Source: Catajapyx aquilonaris
Taxonomy: Eukaryota
Direction: 5' to 3'
Length of the DNA stretch: 57,132 nt
NCBI GenBank assembly: GCA_000934665.2
Contig: JYFJ02002433.1
Coordinates: 1-57,132 of the forward strand
Part shown: piece by piece, positions 1-16,271 of the stretch
Layout of the letters: every line of letters starts with the position of its first letter
Numbering within the stretch: position 1 is the stretch's first letter
The notes under the pieces: model-generated
The model's input: only the letters and a program-made list of their open reading frames with translations
Databases searched by the model: none
What the model was told of the DNA's origin: nothing
Translations under genes and position numbers: made by a program

Positions 1-965
1 CTCTCAAATACCAATACCTTAGTCTTATCTACGTTAATCCTCATACCCCTCTTTTCACAAACATTATCTAACTTGCCTAGGATCAACTGTAAATCAGACT
101 CACTCTCCGCCAGAAGGGCAGAATCATCTGCATACAGCAAGTGACTAACTAACTCATCACCAAACTGCACTCCTACACCTTCGACCATAGCTTCCCTTAC
201 ACATGCATCTAAGTACAAGTTAAATAACCAGGGAGACATGACACAACCCCGCTTAAACCCAACACTAATGTTAAACCAGTCAGAGAAACCCCCACTAGTT
301 CTAACACAAGCTCTACTCTCTTCATACAATGACTTTACAGCCTCCAACAGGCGGCCCTTCACTCCATAGAGACTCAGAACTTCCCACAAACCTTCCCTAC
401 TTACTGTGTCATATGCTTTCTCTAAGTCTACAAAGGCAACGAAAACCTTCTTGTTTACAGCTAAATACTTTTCTATCACGAGTCTCATACAGAATATCTG
501 ATCTACACAACTCTTACCCGCACTCTGAATATTCAGTATTCTCTGACTTGTGTCCCTCTTAACTCTTTCTATCAAAACCTTAGCATACACTTTCCCTGGT
601 ACACTTAACAAACTAATGACACGATAATTATTGCAGTCACACACATCTCCCTTACCCTTATACAGAGGTACTATAATAGCATCCCTCCAATCCCTAGGAA
701 CTACACCATTATCAAAAGAAACCCTACATAAATTAGTCAAAAAAGTAACTACATCACCCCCGCCACACCTCACCATTTCCGAAGAAATAGCATCAACCCC
801 AGGGGATTTACCTAGTTTAAGTCCTAAAGCAGCAGCTGCAACTTCCTTCTTAACAATATCCCCACAACCATCATTACTTGATACAACATCCCCAATTAAG
901 CTAACAGATACATCTACACTGGCCTTATCACTTGCTGACAGCAAGTCCTTAAAATACTCTCCCCT
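1..965 (-). mobile_element. Degenerate non-LTR retrotransposon (RTE-like LINE), reverse-transcriptase fragment, continues beyond window start
   Basis: Minus-strand translation gives RT motifs in order: GEYFKDLL, LKLGKSPGVDAI, PRDWRDAIIVPLYKGKG, NYRVISLLSVPGKVYA, FVAFVDLEKAYDTV, GCVMSPWLFNLYLD, LLYADD, GMRINVDKTKVLVF. The GFR motif region near 520 looks damaged. Confidence 0.92.
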
Positions 966-1250
966 GCGCCCTTTCCAATCACAATGTAAAATAATAGGAA
1001 ATGGACTTTCCTAACTTGAATTTCTATAACTCGAAGTGCTGACAGGGCTTTATGATGGGTTATCGATGCATTTTCAGACTCCCTAAGTCGAAGTTCATGT
1101 TGGCAAGTACTGAAATTTTTTAATTTCCCAGCCGAAGGGTTGACAGTAGGCCACACGTACAGAAAGGCTCAATTTCCTGATCTCCGTCTACCCGATGTAC
1201 CGAAAGAAGTGTTTGACTCAATTGTGACAATATTGAATCCTTGAATCTAA

Positions 1251-1377
1251 TGCCTGGTTGCAGCAACAAAATTACCGGTCTGATAGCTCCTAATGGACAG
1301 ATAGGTAGACCTTTTAACATGTGCTATCGGTCCGTTAGGAGCTATCGGACCGGTAATTTTGTTGGTGCAACCAGGCA
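1251..1377. mobile_element. PIF/Harbinger-type (Tourist-like) MITE
   Basis: Near-perfect inverted arms TGCCTGGTTGCAGCAACAAAATTACCGGTC... / ...GACCGGTAATTTTGTTGGTGCAACCAGGCA; TAA duplicated at 1248-1250 and 1378-1380. Confidence 0.85.
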
Positions 1378-1551
1378 TAAGAGTCGTAGGCAAATGTCCA
1401 TAACGGAGATTTTTTTAACAACAAAACAACGAGGAACATTGTAAGTGTGGTAGTGACAGTTATTTTAAAGTTTTGAACACCTTTCGTCGCTGGATATAAA
1501 GGTAGGCTTCCTTATAGAGTTCTGTGCTTTAAAAAAGCCAAACTTCACTAA

Positions 1552-1699
1552 GGGCCAGTTGCACCGACCTCAGTATATCTTAGAACCTCGGGTATATCAA
1601 GAATTGCCATAGCAATCATTGTTGGTCAACAACGATTGCTATGGCAATTCTTGATATACCCGAGGTTCTAAGATAGACTGAGGTCGGTGCAACTGGCCC
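1552..1699. mobile_element. PIF/Harbinger-type MITE, almost fully palindromic (148 bp)
   Basis: GGGCCAGTTGCACCGACCTCAGT...ACTGAGGTCGGTGCAACTGGCCC, about 70-bp arms with 2 mismatches; TAA at 1549-1551 and 1700-1702. Confidence 0.9.
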
Positions 1700-2389
1700 T
1701 AACTCGAATCTTCTGTAACTCAAAGTCTTTTTACGGTCCCATGGAGATTCGACTTATAGAAGTTTTACTGTATTTGGTCTCTGGATTGGGGAGGTCCCAT
1801 TAATACCTGGCGTAACATCATTTCTGCATGGTTTTTGCATAGTTTTTAAATAAAAGTAAGCTTACAACTTCTGCTTCCTAGTACAAAAGTATGCTTGGCA
1901 ATAATACTAAAAAATATTGTGCAATGTGATTGTTTTCGATCTTCAGTATGGTTAGGCTCTTGTTTGGATTACCAGTGCATGATCAACAGTAAATTCAGAG
2001 AGTGATTAATCCTAATAGGCAATTACTTGATTGTTGGTAATAAAACCAAGCAATTAATCTTATAAGAATCTCACATGTTCTGGCTTGACCATCCATCTCC
2101 ATTACTTGAAGGTGGCATGCCCTGACTGGGGTGAGCTGCTGTCGATGCAAGGTGGGCTGTCAATATGAGATGGGCAGAAAAGAGGAAGTGACTGGGTTGT
2201 TTTCTGTCTCTTGTGGTCCCCACTATGTTTTCTGCATGCACCATCAGGGGAGCAGCACCACAGGTTCCATGGGTTTGAACTTTCTAAAGTTGAGAAAAAC
2301 TCTGCAAGTAATTTTGGAGGAATACTATGACTCATGGAGGAGGGGTCATTGCATAATTTATCTGCGAGTGCCAAGTGGCAGACAAAATA

Positions 2390-2781
2390 CAGGGTGAAGG
2401 GAAACTCGATAGTCAATCGCCAGGTAGACTGATAGTACTCGTAAGACTAATGCTGGGATGTGCAATTAGTTTTGGCCTCCGTTGCATAGTTAATGAGTAC
2501 GGCGCCGTCAAAGTTTCGTGAAGTCACATCTGTTCCGCCAGCTTCTAAGATGCAAATGTCAGTTCAAGGGCCTCCGGTCCCTTGCCGTGGTCCCCTAACA
2601 CATCGTCCATGTGCAAAAGGCAATATCAAATCCCGTCAGAGTAAAAATCCAGGTATGACACCCATGCACTTCAACATTTTTGCCTCATAGCCCAAAACTA
2701 ATTGCACATCCCTATATTAGTTTTGTGAGTAGCCTACTATAAGTTTACCTGGCGATTGTCTGGGAGTTTCCCTTCACCCTG
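2390..2781. mobile_element. Non-autonomous Tc1/mariner-like element
   Basis: Imperfect ~45-bp terminal inverted repeats (TIRs) CAGGGTGAAGGGAAACTC..CAATCGCCAGGTArACT at both ends; TA on the left (2388-2389), degenerate on the right. Confidence 0.75.
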
Positions 2782-3491
2782 AATATTAAAATTATTCAAT
2801 CCAGATATCCAATGGGTCTTGGACACCCCTTTGAACAGTTAGAATGTGTAATTTTTTGTCCGTTTTTCTCAATGATACCACCAGATCCTTCTTCAGCACA
2901 CCAGTCTTCCAACTTTCTCATTCCACAATCATTCTTTGTCTACTAAACTTTGCTGAAACCCATTCAATAACACCATGGCACTGCAGCGCAGTATGGTGCT
3001 CTGTTGAAACAATACATCAGCCATTACACCTAACATCTTCAGGGAGCCATTTACACAGGGTCTGTGCAACCATGGGGTGGGAGACGGCAGAACCGGCTGA
3101 ACCCCATAGGTCCACCTAGTACAAACCTAACCTCCACAGAACACCACTGCTCTAGCCCTCTAGCTAAGCACAATCCCATACTGTACTCCTAGATACTCAC
3201 TGTACTGGGCTGTACTTACTATCATCCATGAAGTACATGCCAGATTGATGAGCTGCTACCTGCTCTGCTGCCCAAAAGCATTGTATGCATTTTTCGGAAT
3301 GTCAACAGCAGCCTTCAAGCTTTATAATGTGCAAGTCACAAAATATGAATTTGGTTTGCCAATACGCTGGGTTCGACTGGTTGTATGGCCAGAAAGGGAA
3401 GCTACGATATTTGAGTTTAGTCCAACATGACAGTGTCTGCAAATGTGTTTTGCTTTTGGGTGGCAGTGATTTTAGAAACACACTTCATGTA

Positions 3492-3632
3492 CTATCAGTC
3501 CACCAAGAATTGTCGCAGCGGCAGCGCACAAACTACAGTTACGAGCACTTCCAGGGGGAGAAATCAATGGAGAAGTGCTCGTAGACAGAAGTTCGTGCGC
3601 TGCCGCTGCGACAATTCTTGGTGGACTGATCG
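3492..3632. mobile_element. TA-flanked MITE (Tc1/mariner-type)
   Basis: CTATCAGTCCACCAAGAATTGTCGCAGCGGCAGCGCAC ... GTGCGCTGCCGCTGCGACAATTCTTGGTGGACTGATCG; TA at 3490-3491 and 3633-3634. Confidence 0.8.
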
Positions 3633-4293
3633 TACCAAAATCCCAGGATACCACTGTGCAAGGCAGGTATTCAAATAATTTAAAAAGTTATGTCCAAAAA
3701 GTTAAATTGTTTCCAATAGAGTGCATACATATTATATAACAATAAATGTATGGGGGAACAGGATAAAGTGGGTGTCATGCTACAACTCAAGATGATTCTC
3801 TTCAACAATCAAAAGTCAGTGTTCCTTAGTTAGGAATTTTACCATGATCTGGATGTGATCTTTACTGGGTGTTGCACTGATAACCAAATATCTATCTACA
3901 ATTCATTAAGCAGCCGCAGCTCTCTCCCTCTTCCTCTCTGAACTGCTTTCCCAAATTAAATACCACAAAATTAATATCAATAAGCCACATTAGAGTAAAT
4001 GGCAACTTTTTGGAAAATAAGTGTGTACCTAATTAATCAATGAGCCTCTTTATGCATGTATTTCCAACACGATTTGAAACAATATAACATGAGGAAATAT
4101 AGTCCTTTCTATTGGACAGAGAGTAGGTGTCAGATATACATGCATGTGTAGGCTTGAAGGGCTTGGCACCATATGACTGCATTCAAGGAAGAGTTGGAGA
4201 ATAATAGGGAGGATACTCAAAAAATGGCACACAGAAAATATACAAATCGAAAAAAAAATAGACAATATCATTTGCCTTGCAGCATGAACATGA

Positions 4294-7182
4294 TCATCCT
4301 GACCCTCCGTCTGAGGTGGAGTAACTCCTCTTCCGAACCTTTACGCTTCCATTACTCCTTCGCGGCTGCAATGAAAACGCTGGTGACGACAAAAAAGCAG
4401 TGCTGTCAACAGTTCTCCGTAACACCTTTGCTCTGTTGGCACTGCCACCTATCGGGTCTGGGTCCTCATCTTCTTGTTTTTCCCCTTCCGACTTGATCAT
4501 CCCATTGGAGGGGCTTCCTTTGCATCGGACACATATGAAGACTTCGGGGATGTTGGTTCTCCTGATCTTTGCACAGGAGAGATGAATCCAGGTGAGGCAC
4601 TGGCTGCACTCAATCATTGGACGGCGAGCAAATGGCTTCCTGCAGTAGCAAGTCACCAGGTCGTAGGACTCATCATCTTCAATGTCAGCAAGGAAAGAAA
4701 AAGACAATTAGGTTACGAGATGGCCATATATGACAGATACAATCACAAGGGCTGATCAGAAATTTTGTTTTCTTCTACTGTGCACATCAGAATGGAGCTC
4801 ACTTCCATACTGATGCAAATGCCAACTAGGCTTGCACGTCACATGTTGCATATGTCTGTATGGGCATTTACAAATGACAGCATAATGAAGAGTACGTTTT
4901 TAATTGCCCATCGTCAGGCAGAAAGCACTAACACCAGAATATGCACATTATCAAAAAGAGCCGCATGCAGTCCTCTTTTTCCGTCACCGGGACTTCATTA
5001 CGATAATCATGGCAGGTCACAGTATGACGATAAAAAGTAGATGATCCCATAAGCCATAGAAATTCTCCAGATATGCTCCTAAACCTTGATAATGTTAGGG
5101 GCAACCTTCAGAACATCAACAATGATTGGCAGATTCAAACTGAATCCTATCAATCACTGTGGCTCTGCATTTGGTTGTTCAGGCTTACCACTTGCAAGAG
5201 TAACCCAAGCCCAGAAGCACATGTCACATAAAAATAGTTTATCTGAAGAGGGAAAAAAATAAGAACAAAACTGGCCACTTCAAGCTTCCATAAACTGTGA
5301 CATGGTCATGCAAGCTTGGCTGCCCACACAAATTTTTGGTCATAATTTGCTGCTGGCACAGGAAAGACATACAATACTGGAGATCAACCAACAAGGACTG
5401 CATATGCAGTGAAACCTGCCTGAAGAAGGCCTTGGATGCAGCAGAAACTTGTCCAATGTCGAGTATCTCTTTAGTCCCTGCAACTGATTTTCCATGTGGT
5501 TTTACTGCTTATAATGGGCACTGATTCAGTGCAAAAACAAAAACAGTCGCAGCCTCACAGAGTGACAACACAAATGGCAGGTTTCATGGCATTTTGACAA
5601 CCTATTGCTAAGCTTCCAAAACTGTCCACTTCAATTGTCATAATGAAACAATGCTACCAATGCACATTGCAGACAAGAGCTACAAAGTAACAGGATCATT
5701 TTTTCACAACTGGAGCAGGCAGGGAGGTGCAGTTTGGCACTTACCAGTGTTTGCACTCGCCTAACTGATGGCATGACTCTACAACATTAAGCAATGGATT
5801 AATAGCAATGATATCTAGGGGCTCTTCTGCGACTATGGTGGCATAGAAGGTTGATCCTTCATGCTGTCCTTACGTCGCATGCTAGCTGTGAAATAACACA
5901 CAGCAAGTGAAAACACAACAGTGTATATGCCAAACTCCGCTCCCACCAACTGTTGAATAGTGCCAGGGTTAACTTCATACCTGTCTCCACGTCGGAGTTT
6001 TTCGCATCTGCCACGGAAGAAGGTTCAGACTTGACACTGTCCTCTCGACTTCCTGTGCTTCCCAAGGGACTGCTCGTCTTGGCTCGCATCTCCTACAGCG
6101 TAAAGAGGAAAGTGCAGTTAAGTGACAATGTAGCTTGGATCAGGTATTGTCCTTCTAAGGTTTCAATAGCTGAATGCTGTCATCGGCATCTCTGCCTCTA
6201 ATATCAATCAACCATCCTGTTCATCTAACCATGACCAGTGATGCAAAGTTTGCTTTAGACAAAAGTTTCATTTAGTTTTCAGTATCCATTAAACCAGAAA
6301 ATTGCAGCACTTGTGTAGGTAAGCTTGAACTAAATCATACCTTGCAAATTGCAGTAGGCTCACAATACTACTATAGTCCTCAGCAAAAAAGCTATCCACA
6401 ATGAGCAGTCAAGGTGGAGTGTTGTTTGTCTGGCTCACATTAAACTAATGCAGCTGGCTACATTGCAGGCACAGCATTTTTTTCTGCAGATGGCTGCATC
6501 AAATGCCTGTGCACAAAGAACTAAACCAACCATTTATTTTTAACAAAATAGTTGTCTGACTGATAGGCAGCTTTCTACAGTCACAGATTAGCTACTGCGC
6601 TATTACACGAAAAGGAAAATGGCCCTAATGGAATCATGTATTTCTCAGTGTTCCTCTGCATTTGCTGCCTCTGAGCATAACCCCTCCCTTTTCCATCTAC
6701 CCACATAGGACTTCTCCCCTCTCACGTGTACGAGTCGAGATACCCTCATGACTAACAGGCATTGTCTTCACAGGAGCTGCTACATTTATATGCCTCCTCT
6801 GCATGCGCTGCATTTTTCTTGTAATTCAATCCTCCTGATATCAAAGCAAGGAAATCGTGTCCTAATTATAGGAATTTTTCTTGTGAAGACAAAGCCAACT
6901 GTAGTGTAAAACTGAGCCCGGATGTCGAGGGCCATTGTACTGCATGAACTCGCATCTTGACACCACTCTGTATCTATTCGACAATAAAAAGGTCCAACTC
7001 ACCTCCTGCTTCTTAATTTCAAAGTAGTTTTCGTGCTCGAGTATAATCTGGCAGAAGAGCTGGAAATCCTCCGAAGTCCTAGGCTTCTTCCTGGGGATGG
7101 TCTGCTGTGCCCCCACTCCGCCCCCGACAGTTGCGCCTCGACGCCTGAACCCCGTACTTGCAACCTTTTCACTATCTTGCAT
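4294..7182 (-). CDS. PHD finger protein, PHF13/PHF23-like (~224 aa)
   Basis: Exons 7182-7003, 6092-5981, 4676-4294 join in frame (phases 0, 1) with GT-AG ends. N-terminal [22 protein letters not shown] resembles the PHF13/PHF23 N-terminal motif; C4HC3 [50 protein letters not shown]. Likely 5'UTR intron 7816-7202. Confidence 0.88.
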
Positions 7183-10100
7183 GTTTGCCAGTACAGGGCA
7201 CCTGGTGGAAAAGAGGGGAAAATTTGTGGTTATGCAATTTGGTGGTTTTGTCAAGGAAGCAGGTATAACTTGCGGTAGTGTTGGAGTATGGCCAAGCCTG
7301 GATGCACATCCATAAATAATATGTTTCTGACCCACTTGGGGCAGACCCTAATCCCCAACAAAATGGTTCCCCTTTGCCACCCCGACCCCTCCTGAATCCC
7401 TAGTGCTGTGGACCTTGCGCATTGTCACCCAGTGTCCTCCCCTATCAGGCAACTAGGCTTGATCATCGTGACATAACCTGCTGCATTGTCACAACTGATG
7501 GGCCAACTTGTCACATCCCAAACCATACCGGTGTACCTGCACCACCCATCAGCGCATTCCCTTGTCCTGCCCCCCGCCCCCTCCTGCCCTAGGGCGCGCC
7601 CTGCCTCCACCCCCAGCCCTCTCCTTCCCCCACCCAGCATCGCATCCGCCCAGGGGCAGTCGGCCCCAGCCCCAGACCTTCCCCCCCATCAGACCCACCC
7701 CCTTTCCTCTCTAACGTCTTTCCTGAGAGCCCCCTCCCCCATTCAGCCCCGTATTTCCCCCTCCCGCCCTTCCCGGCCCTGGGCCCGAGGCGGCCACGGG
7801 GTAGACGAGGCCTCACCTTCATCGCTTCCTTTTCCTCGCTCTGATGTCCTCCCTTGTCCTGTCTGTCTGTCTGTCGCACTCTCTTTCTCCCTGCGACCAA
7901 GTCCGTCCTTCCTACGTCTCTGTCTGGATCCCTGCTGCTGCTGATGCTACTTCACGGCGTCCACCAGGTGGACACTCTCACTCAAACCGCTCACCGCCAG
8001 GGGGATCTACTGTGCTTCGGGCGCCAACTTCAAACTGCCCTTTGTTGGCACTAACAACTGCACACTGTAATCGCGCATATTGTATGGGTGAAACCAGGTG
8101 AAACACTTTGAATATGCCTTACCTTCAGAAGAATATCCTGCAGCACCACCTGCTCCATTGTTGCGAACATGTGCTGCGATTCATGATAAGTGAAATTGAA
8201 AGTCGGTAATAAATGCTGTTTTATTTTGCTGGTACAATATTGATAGTTTAGAGCTGATAAAACTTTTTTCCATAATAGTTTGTTTCCCCTTCACAGAAAC
8301 ACACGAATGCTTCACTCGTGGCAGTCCGTACTCCTGCGTCCTTGTCTTATTTCCTTTTCTGTTGTTTCGGTTTGGGTTCGTGGTAGAAACGTCTTAAATA
8401 CACCAGTGTGTGGAAAACAAGTCGCTAGCAATACAAGTTTTCTCGGAACTATGCCCTACATAAAGTGCATTATCCTATAAAAGGTATTTTTTCCCACATA
8501 ACAATAATAACTTGTACAATCATCACATTTTATGGTACACGTCTTATGCCCAAAAAAAACAAAACACATCTGCATGCCTCCATGTGGAAAAAAAAAAAGG
8601 TCAAGTAAAAGAGCGCCAACAGAAAATCAAGTCGGCTGGCCTACCGCTCTGTACAGAATAATACAGCTGAAACGTTTTTTTGGGGGGAAAAAACGCTCAA
8701 AGCAATTGGTCGTCAGGGGATCCAAATGTCCTACTCCTTTTCTTTTCTGCCTCCCTGATGCTTACTAACCAAGGTTGCTACCTAACATGCAAAATTGGTT
8801 GGTAAGAACCCTGTACAAAGATTTCCCTGCTGGAATAAATATTACTGCTCGTTTTGTGTGTACAAGAAAATACAGTGAATCAATTCACCATTATGTAGTT
8901 ATAAAAAAGTAGGCAGCACTACGCCCCGCCAATCATTGCTTTTTTTTCTTCCTTCTTCTTCTTCTTTTAATTAATACTTCATAACCAGGAAGCGTGATCA
9001 TTTACACTCATCGACTTTTATTTGGCATTGAAGATCGACCCAACAGTACAGCACCCTCAGTCCTCAATGATTTCTTTTCCCTCTCTCTCTCATGTAGAAA
9101 CTAATTTTTCTCTTTTTTTTTCGCACAAAATCAAGTGCATTTATGCAATGGAAAAAAAAAAGTTGCAATGGAATACTTTCTCCTTCAAGAAGCAATGGAA
9201 TTATGTAGGTGCATATAAACAACGCTTGCACTCAAGGGAGGAAAAAAAACTGCATTCACTCAACTGTGCAAAGAAAACCTGGTAAGGGCGTATCACGGAT
9301 GAGGTCAAAATGCTTGGGGGGGGGGGGGGGGGGGGNAGCTGGGATTGGGATGTCTAAAAAATTGCATAATCAAAACAGGGAGGAAATAAGGGTGGTTGGC
9401 AAACTTGCAACAGCCAATGAGCAACAATGGGTTAACAATATTGTCACAAGTTACGGCATTTCTTGTTTTCTCGTATAGAAACATTCAATCACACAAAAAT
9501 GATCGGATTTGTAAAATTCTTGGCAGTTTTGGTGCTTCATTTTTGCATGGGTCAAAGGGTTATTCTCGACCATGTTGGTCCAACAAGCGAAAGAAATTGC
9601 ACGTCAACACAGGTTGCAGAATCTTTTGCAGAAAAGTCCAGACATTTCATACAGTCACACCCAGCAGGAAGAATAGAAAAAAAAAAAATGCACCCCATGG
9701 CAATGATTATATTATCCTCTTACAGTAAACCTCTCAAAAAAATGCTCAATGGAATTATAGTAAAATGTACAAAGAGCAAAATCTGACCTGTGAAGAAACG
9801 GGTCCCTCCCCAAAAAAAATTAACAAGTCCCCCTCTAAACTCTACGAAAAGATGGTGCCACTTTTTGGCCAAAAAACCGGGGCTTTTCTTGCTTGCTGCT
9901 TTTTTTTCTCTCCAGGTTTTGAATCGACGGATTGGAATAGATCTCGAGTCACATAACAGAATAAGGCCACGGAAGGGAGAGTAAAAGATTGTTGTACAAT
10001 TAGTAGTACTAACAGTGCCTTACGACATGGGGTAAAAAAATTGTAATGTTTGGTTCTGCCCTCCAAAACGCTCGGACAAAAGTAGAAAAGAAAACAAAAA

Positions 10101-10702
10101 CCAACAGTGTCACCTTTTACATCTTCCCCCTTTGTGTTGGATGTGTCTTTCTCAAGTGTAATTGGCTGAATGCAACTCCCACTTAGCAAGAATGTAAATG
10201 GAAGTCAGGGTAAGAATTGTTACCTACTAATCACACAGTACCACTTATGTCTCTTGTAGATGCGGAAAAAGGAGGGCGGGTGGGCTTCAGTGGGATTGGC
10301 CATTCATCCTCCTCTTTTTCTCCTTATTTTTAAGAGTTGGAAATGAACCAAAAAAAAAAAAAAAATGATGTCCATCCCTATGTACATGCCCCCAAACCTA
10401 TTTACGATGGGGTTCTTATGCTTTTCCAGGAAGACCCTGGCACCAGCCAACATTTTTTGCTCCTTCTCTTTTTGCTGCATTTTATGTTTTGTTTTTTTTC
10501 AAGTTGACGTATATGTACAGAGGGTTGGAGTGTTGGAAATATAGTAGAGAGGAATCCAGGTGGATCTTATCTTCTTTTTTTTTTGAGGAACAATATGGGA
10601 AGGAACAAGTAAGGTTTTCAGGTGGTGGGACACGGGGGGGAGAAAAATAACGTCGAGGGGAGAATTGATTGTGGAGTCACGATTCACCACCACACTTCAG
10701 TC

Positions 10703-14139
<3,437 letters not shown>

Positions 14140-16271
14140 TCAAATGAGCACCCACATATTAATCAATCCAAACTACCCACACTGGCTTAGGTCATAGCCA
14201 TGATTCATGGAGCCCACCCTGCAAGTCATGCTATCAGTAAGTCATAATCCCTGGAATGCAACTATTGCAGATAGTGTAAAACTAGGATAGGGTCACTGTG
14301 CATGTTACAGCATAACTGAATGGATGATAAGCAACTTGGCACCAGGGCTCTCCCCAGAGTTGATAAAGTTATGCATCAGCAGACTCAGCTCTGTACAGAG
14401 GACGCTGAGTAATTTTCAGGGGACCGTCTTCTCCACAACTTCCTGTCTTACATTGCGTCCAAATTGCAGCTCCCTTTGCAAGTCATCAACTTTGGCACCA
14501 CAGCATTTTGGAGGAAAAAAAAAAGTGAAGTAATTGTCCCTGATCAGTATGATTCATTCCACACATGGTTCACCGCATGACAAAGGTTGTAGACCCTTCC
14601 TGTTTACCGCACAGCCCATTGAATAATATGCAAATTAGACCCTATAAAAAGGCATTAACATCCCAACACACCTCCTTCGCTTCACCTTGCCATATCAATG
14701 CCATGAATTAGTGAATACGGCCCAGTGCCGTTATACACTGTAGTTTCATCTTTCTCCACCCCCACAAGCAACCTGTTAAGACAAAATCTTCCTGAAAACG
14801 GTCCAAGTTCAGCCTGCTCTGTTATCGCATATTTGACGTTCCCCCTATCCCGCCCCCTATTTGGCCAACAGTATTGACATAATGCCCAGTGGCAAAGGGA
14901 ATGTCATATTCAACCTGGAGAACTCGCTTTCAAATATTCACACTACGCAAATGTTGATAGGTGGCCACCGTTCCAACAATCCACACCACTTGAACAATAA
15001 AGACTGCTCATTAATGACTTTGATCCCCCATGTCAGATCCACTGAATCCACATTCGCCAAGATCAAACAATTTGAAACCTCACCAAAAATTTCTTCCCAT
15101 TTCTCTCTCTCTCTCTCCCCCCNCCCCAACTTGTCTTCTGGACAGAAATGGGCCAGGTCTTATCTCATCCTGAATGGGAAAACCACGACCCGGGATTCCT
15201 GGGATTGTCACTACTTAACATTATCCCCTCTGACGCACACCCCCACTGATAAGCACCCCCAAAAATACAACCCCAGCCATCTCCCTCGAAGGGAATTCTC
15301 TCTTTTTTTTCTGTACCCCCGAGACCTCCACTATAGCATTTTTGCTCGCTAAAAAAATAAAAAATAACCCGCCGAAATTGCATTACCCCTTCTACTTATC
15401 TATCAATCCGCCAAAAATTGCTCACGTCACATGCAAATTGACAGCCGAATCTGATTACCACCGGATGTCCCATTAGCGCCCTTACACAATATTTTCGGCA
15501 GTTGGCACGACGGACACATAAAACCGGTTTTATGGGTCATGCGACCTGTTGACACCCTCCCTTATAATTTGCACTTCCTTCCGCAAAATTCGGCACGTCA
15601 CGCTCCGTCACGCCACCAATAAATACGACATAGTAATCCCCCCCCCCCNCCACCCCTCCAGCACACTGCATCAAAATATCCGATAAACAGCAACACTGGA
15701 CCCATTATTCAAGAGACCCGCACCGGACTAAAACCAAGCCCGGTTTCCAACCAGCATGGCCCCATGTTTGTTATCAACATCCGGGCTCCCCCTCTTTTCT
15801 ATTTATTCCCCCACCTAGTGTCTCAACGGGATGGGAAAAGCATTTCCCACTGATTCAGTGTCAATAATAGCAGCCTGCGGTCTGGTGACGGAGATGGTCC
15901 TAACCCCAAACGTGGCCCAAGACGCCTTGCTGAAACCAACCTGGAGAGGAAACTCAAACAACCACAGTAAATAATTTAAAAAACCCCCACCCTCTCCATT
16001 AGAAAAACGGCTTAACCCTCTAATGGGCCCTTAGGACTACTTAAAACACATTAATCAAACCATATGCAACGGCACGAATTTGCCGGCTCCCTGTTCCGCA
16101 ACAATATATTTCGAGCTCTTCATTCCCAATAATTGCAGGCCTTGAAATATCCGGAAATTTAGGGGAGGATATAATAGACCAATTCCGGACCAGTGTTCCG
16201 GAAATGGACCCACGTGTTGATATGAATGATCGAAAAACAAGGCAAGGCCACCAATGACCGTGCCTGCTGAC

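Larger units (their letters stand above)
1011..1770. mobile_element. Remnant of pogo/Tigger-like non-autonomous element hosting two nested MITEs
   Basis: Right end reads (rc) TA-CAGTAAAACTTCTATAAGTCGAA, a Tigger-type terminus with TA at 1771-1772. CTAACTyGAAT..TCTrTAACTCrAAGT recurs at ~1011 and ~1699. Left terminus not found. Confidence 0.45.

Noticed and set aside
329..1014. Plus-strand Ser/Thr/Pro-rich ORFs
   Set aside because: Antisense shadows of the minus-strand LINE reverse transcriptase.
3285..3678. Overlapping ORFs suggesting a small gene
   Set aside because: Explained by the GC-rich palindromic MITE at 3492-3632; no coherent exon chain.
7425..8101. Pro/Ser-rich and Gly/Arg-rich ORFs
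   Set aside because: Low-complexity C-rich 5' intron/exon region of the PHD gene; no domain signal.
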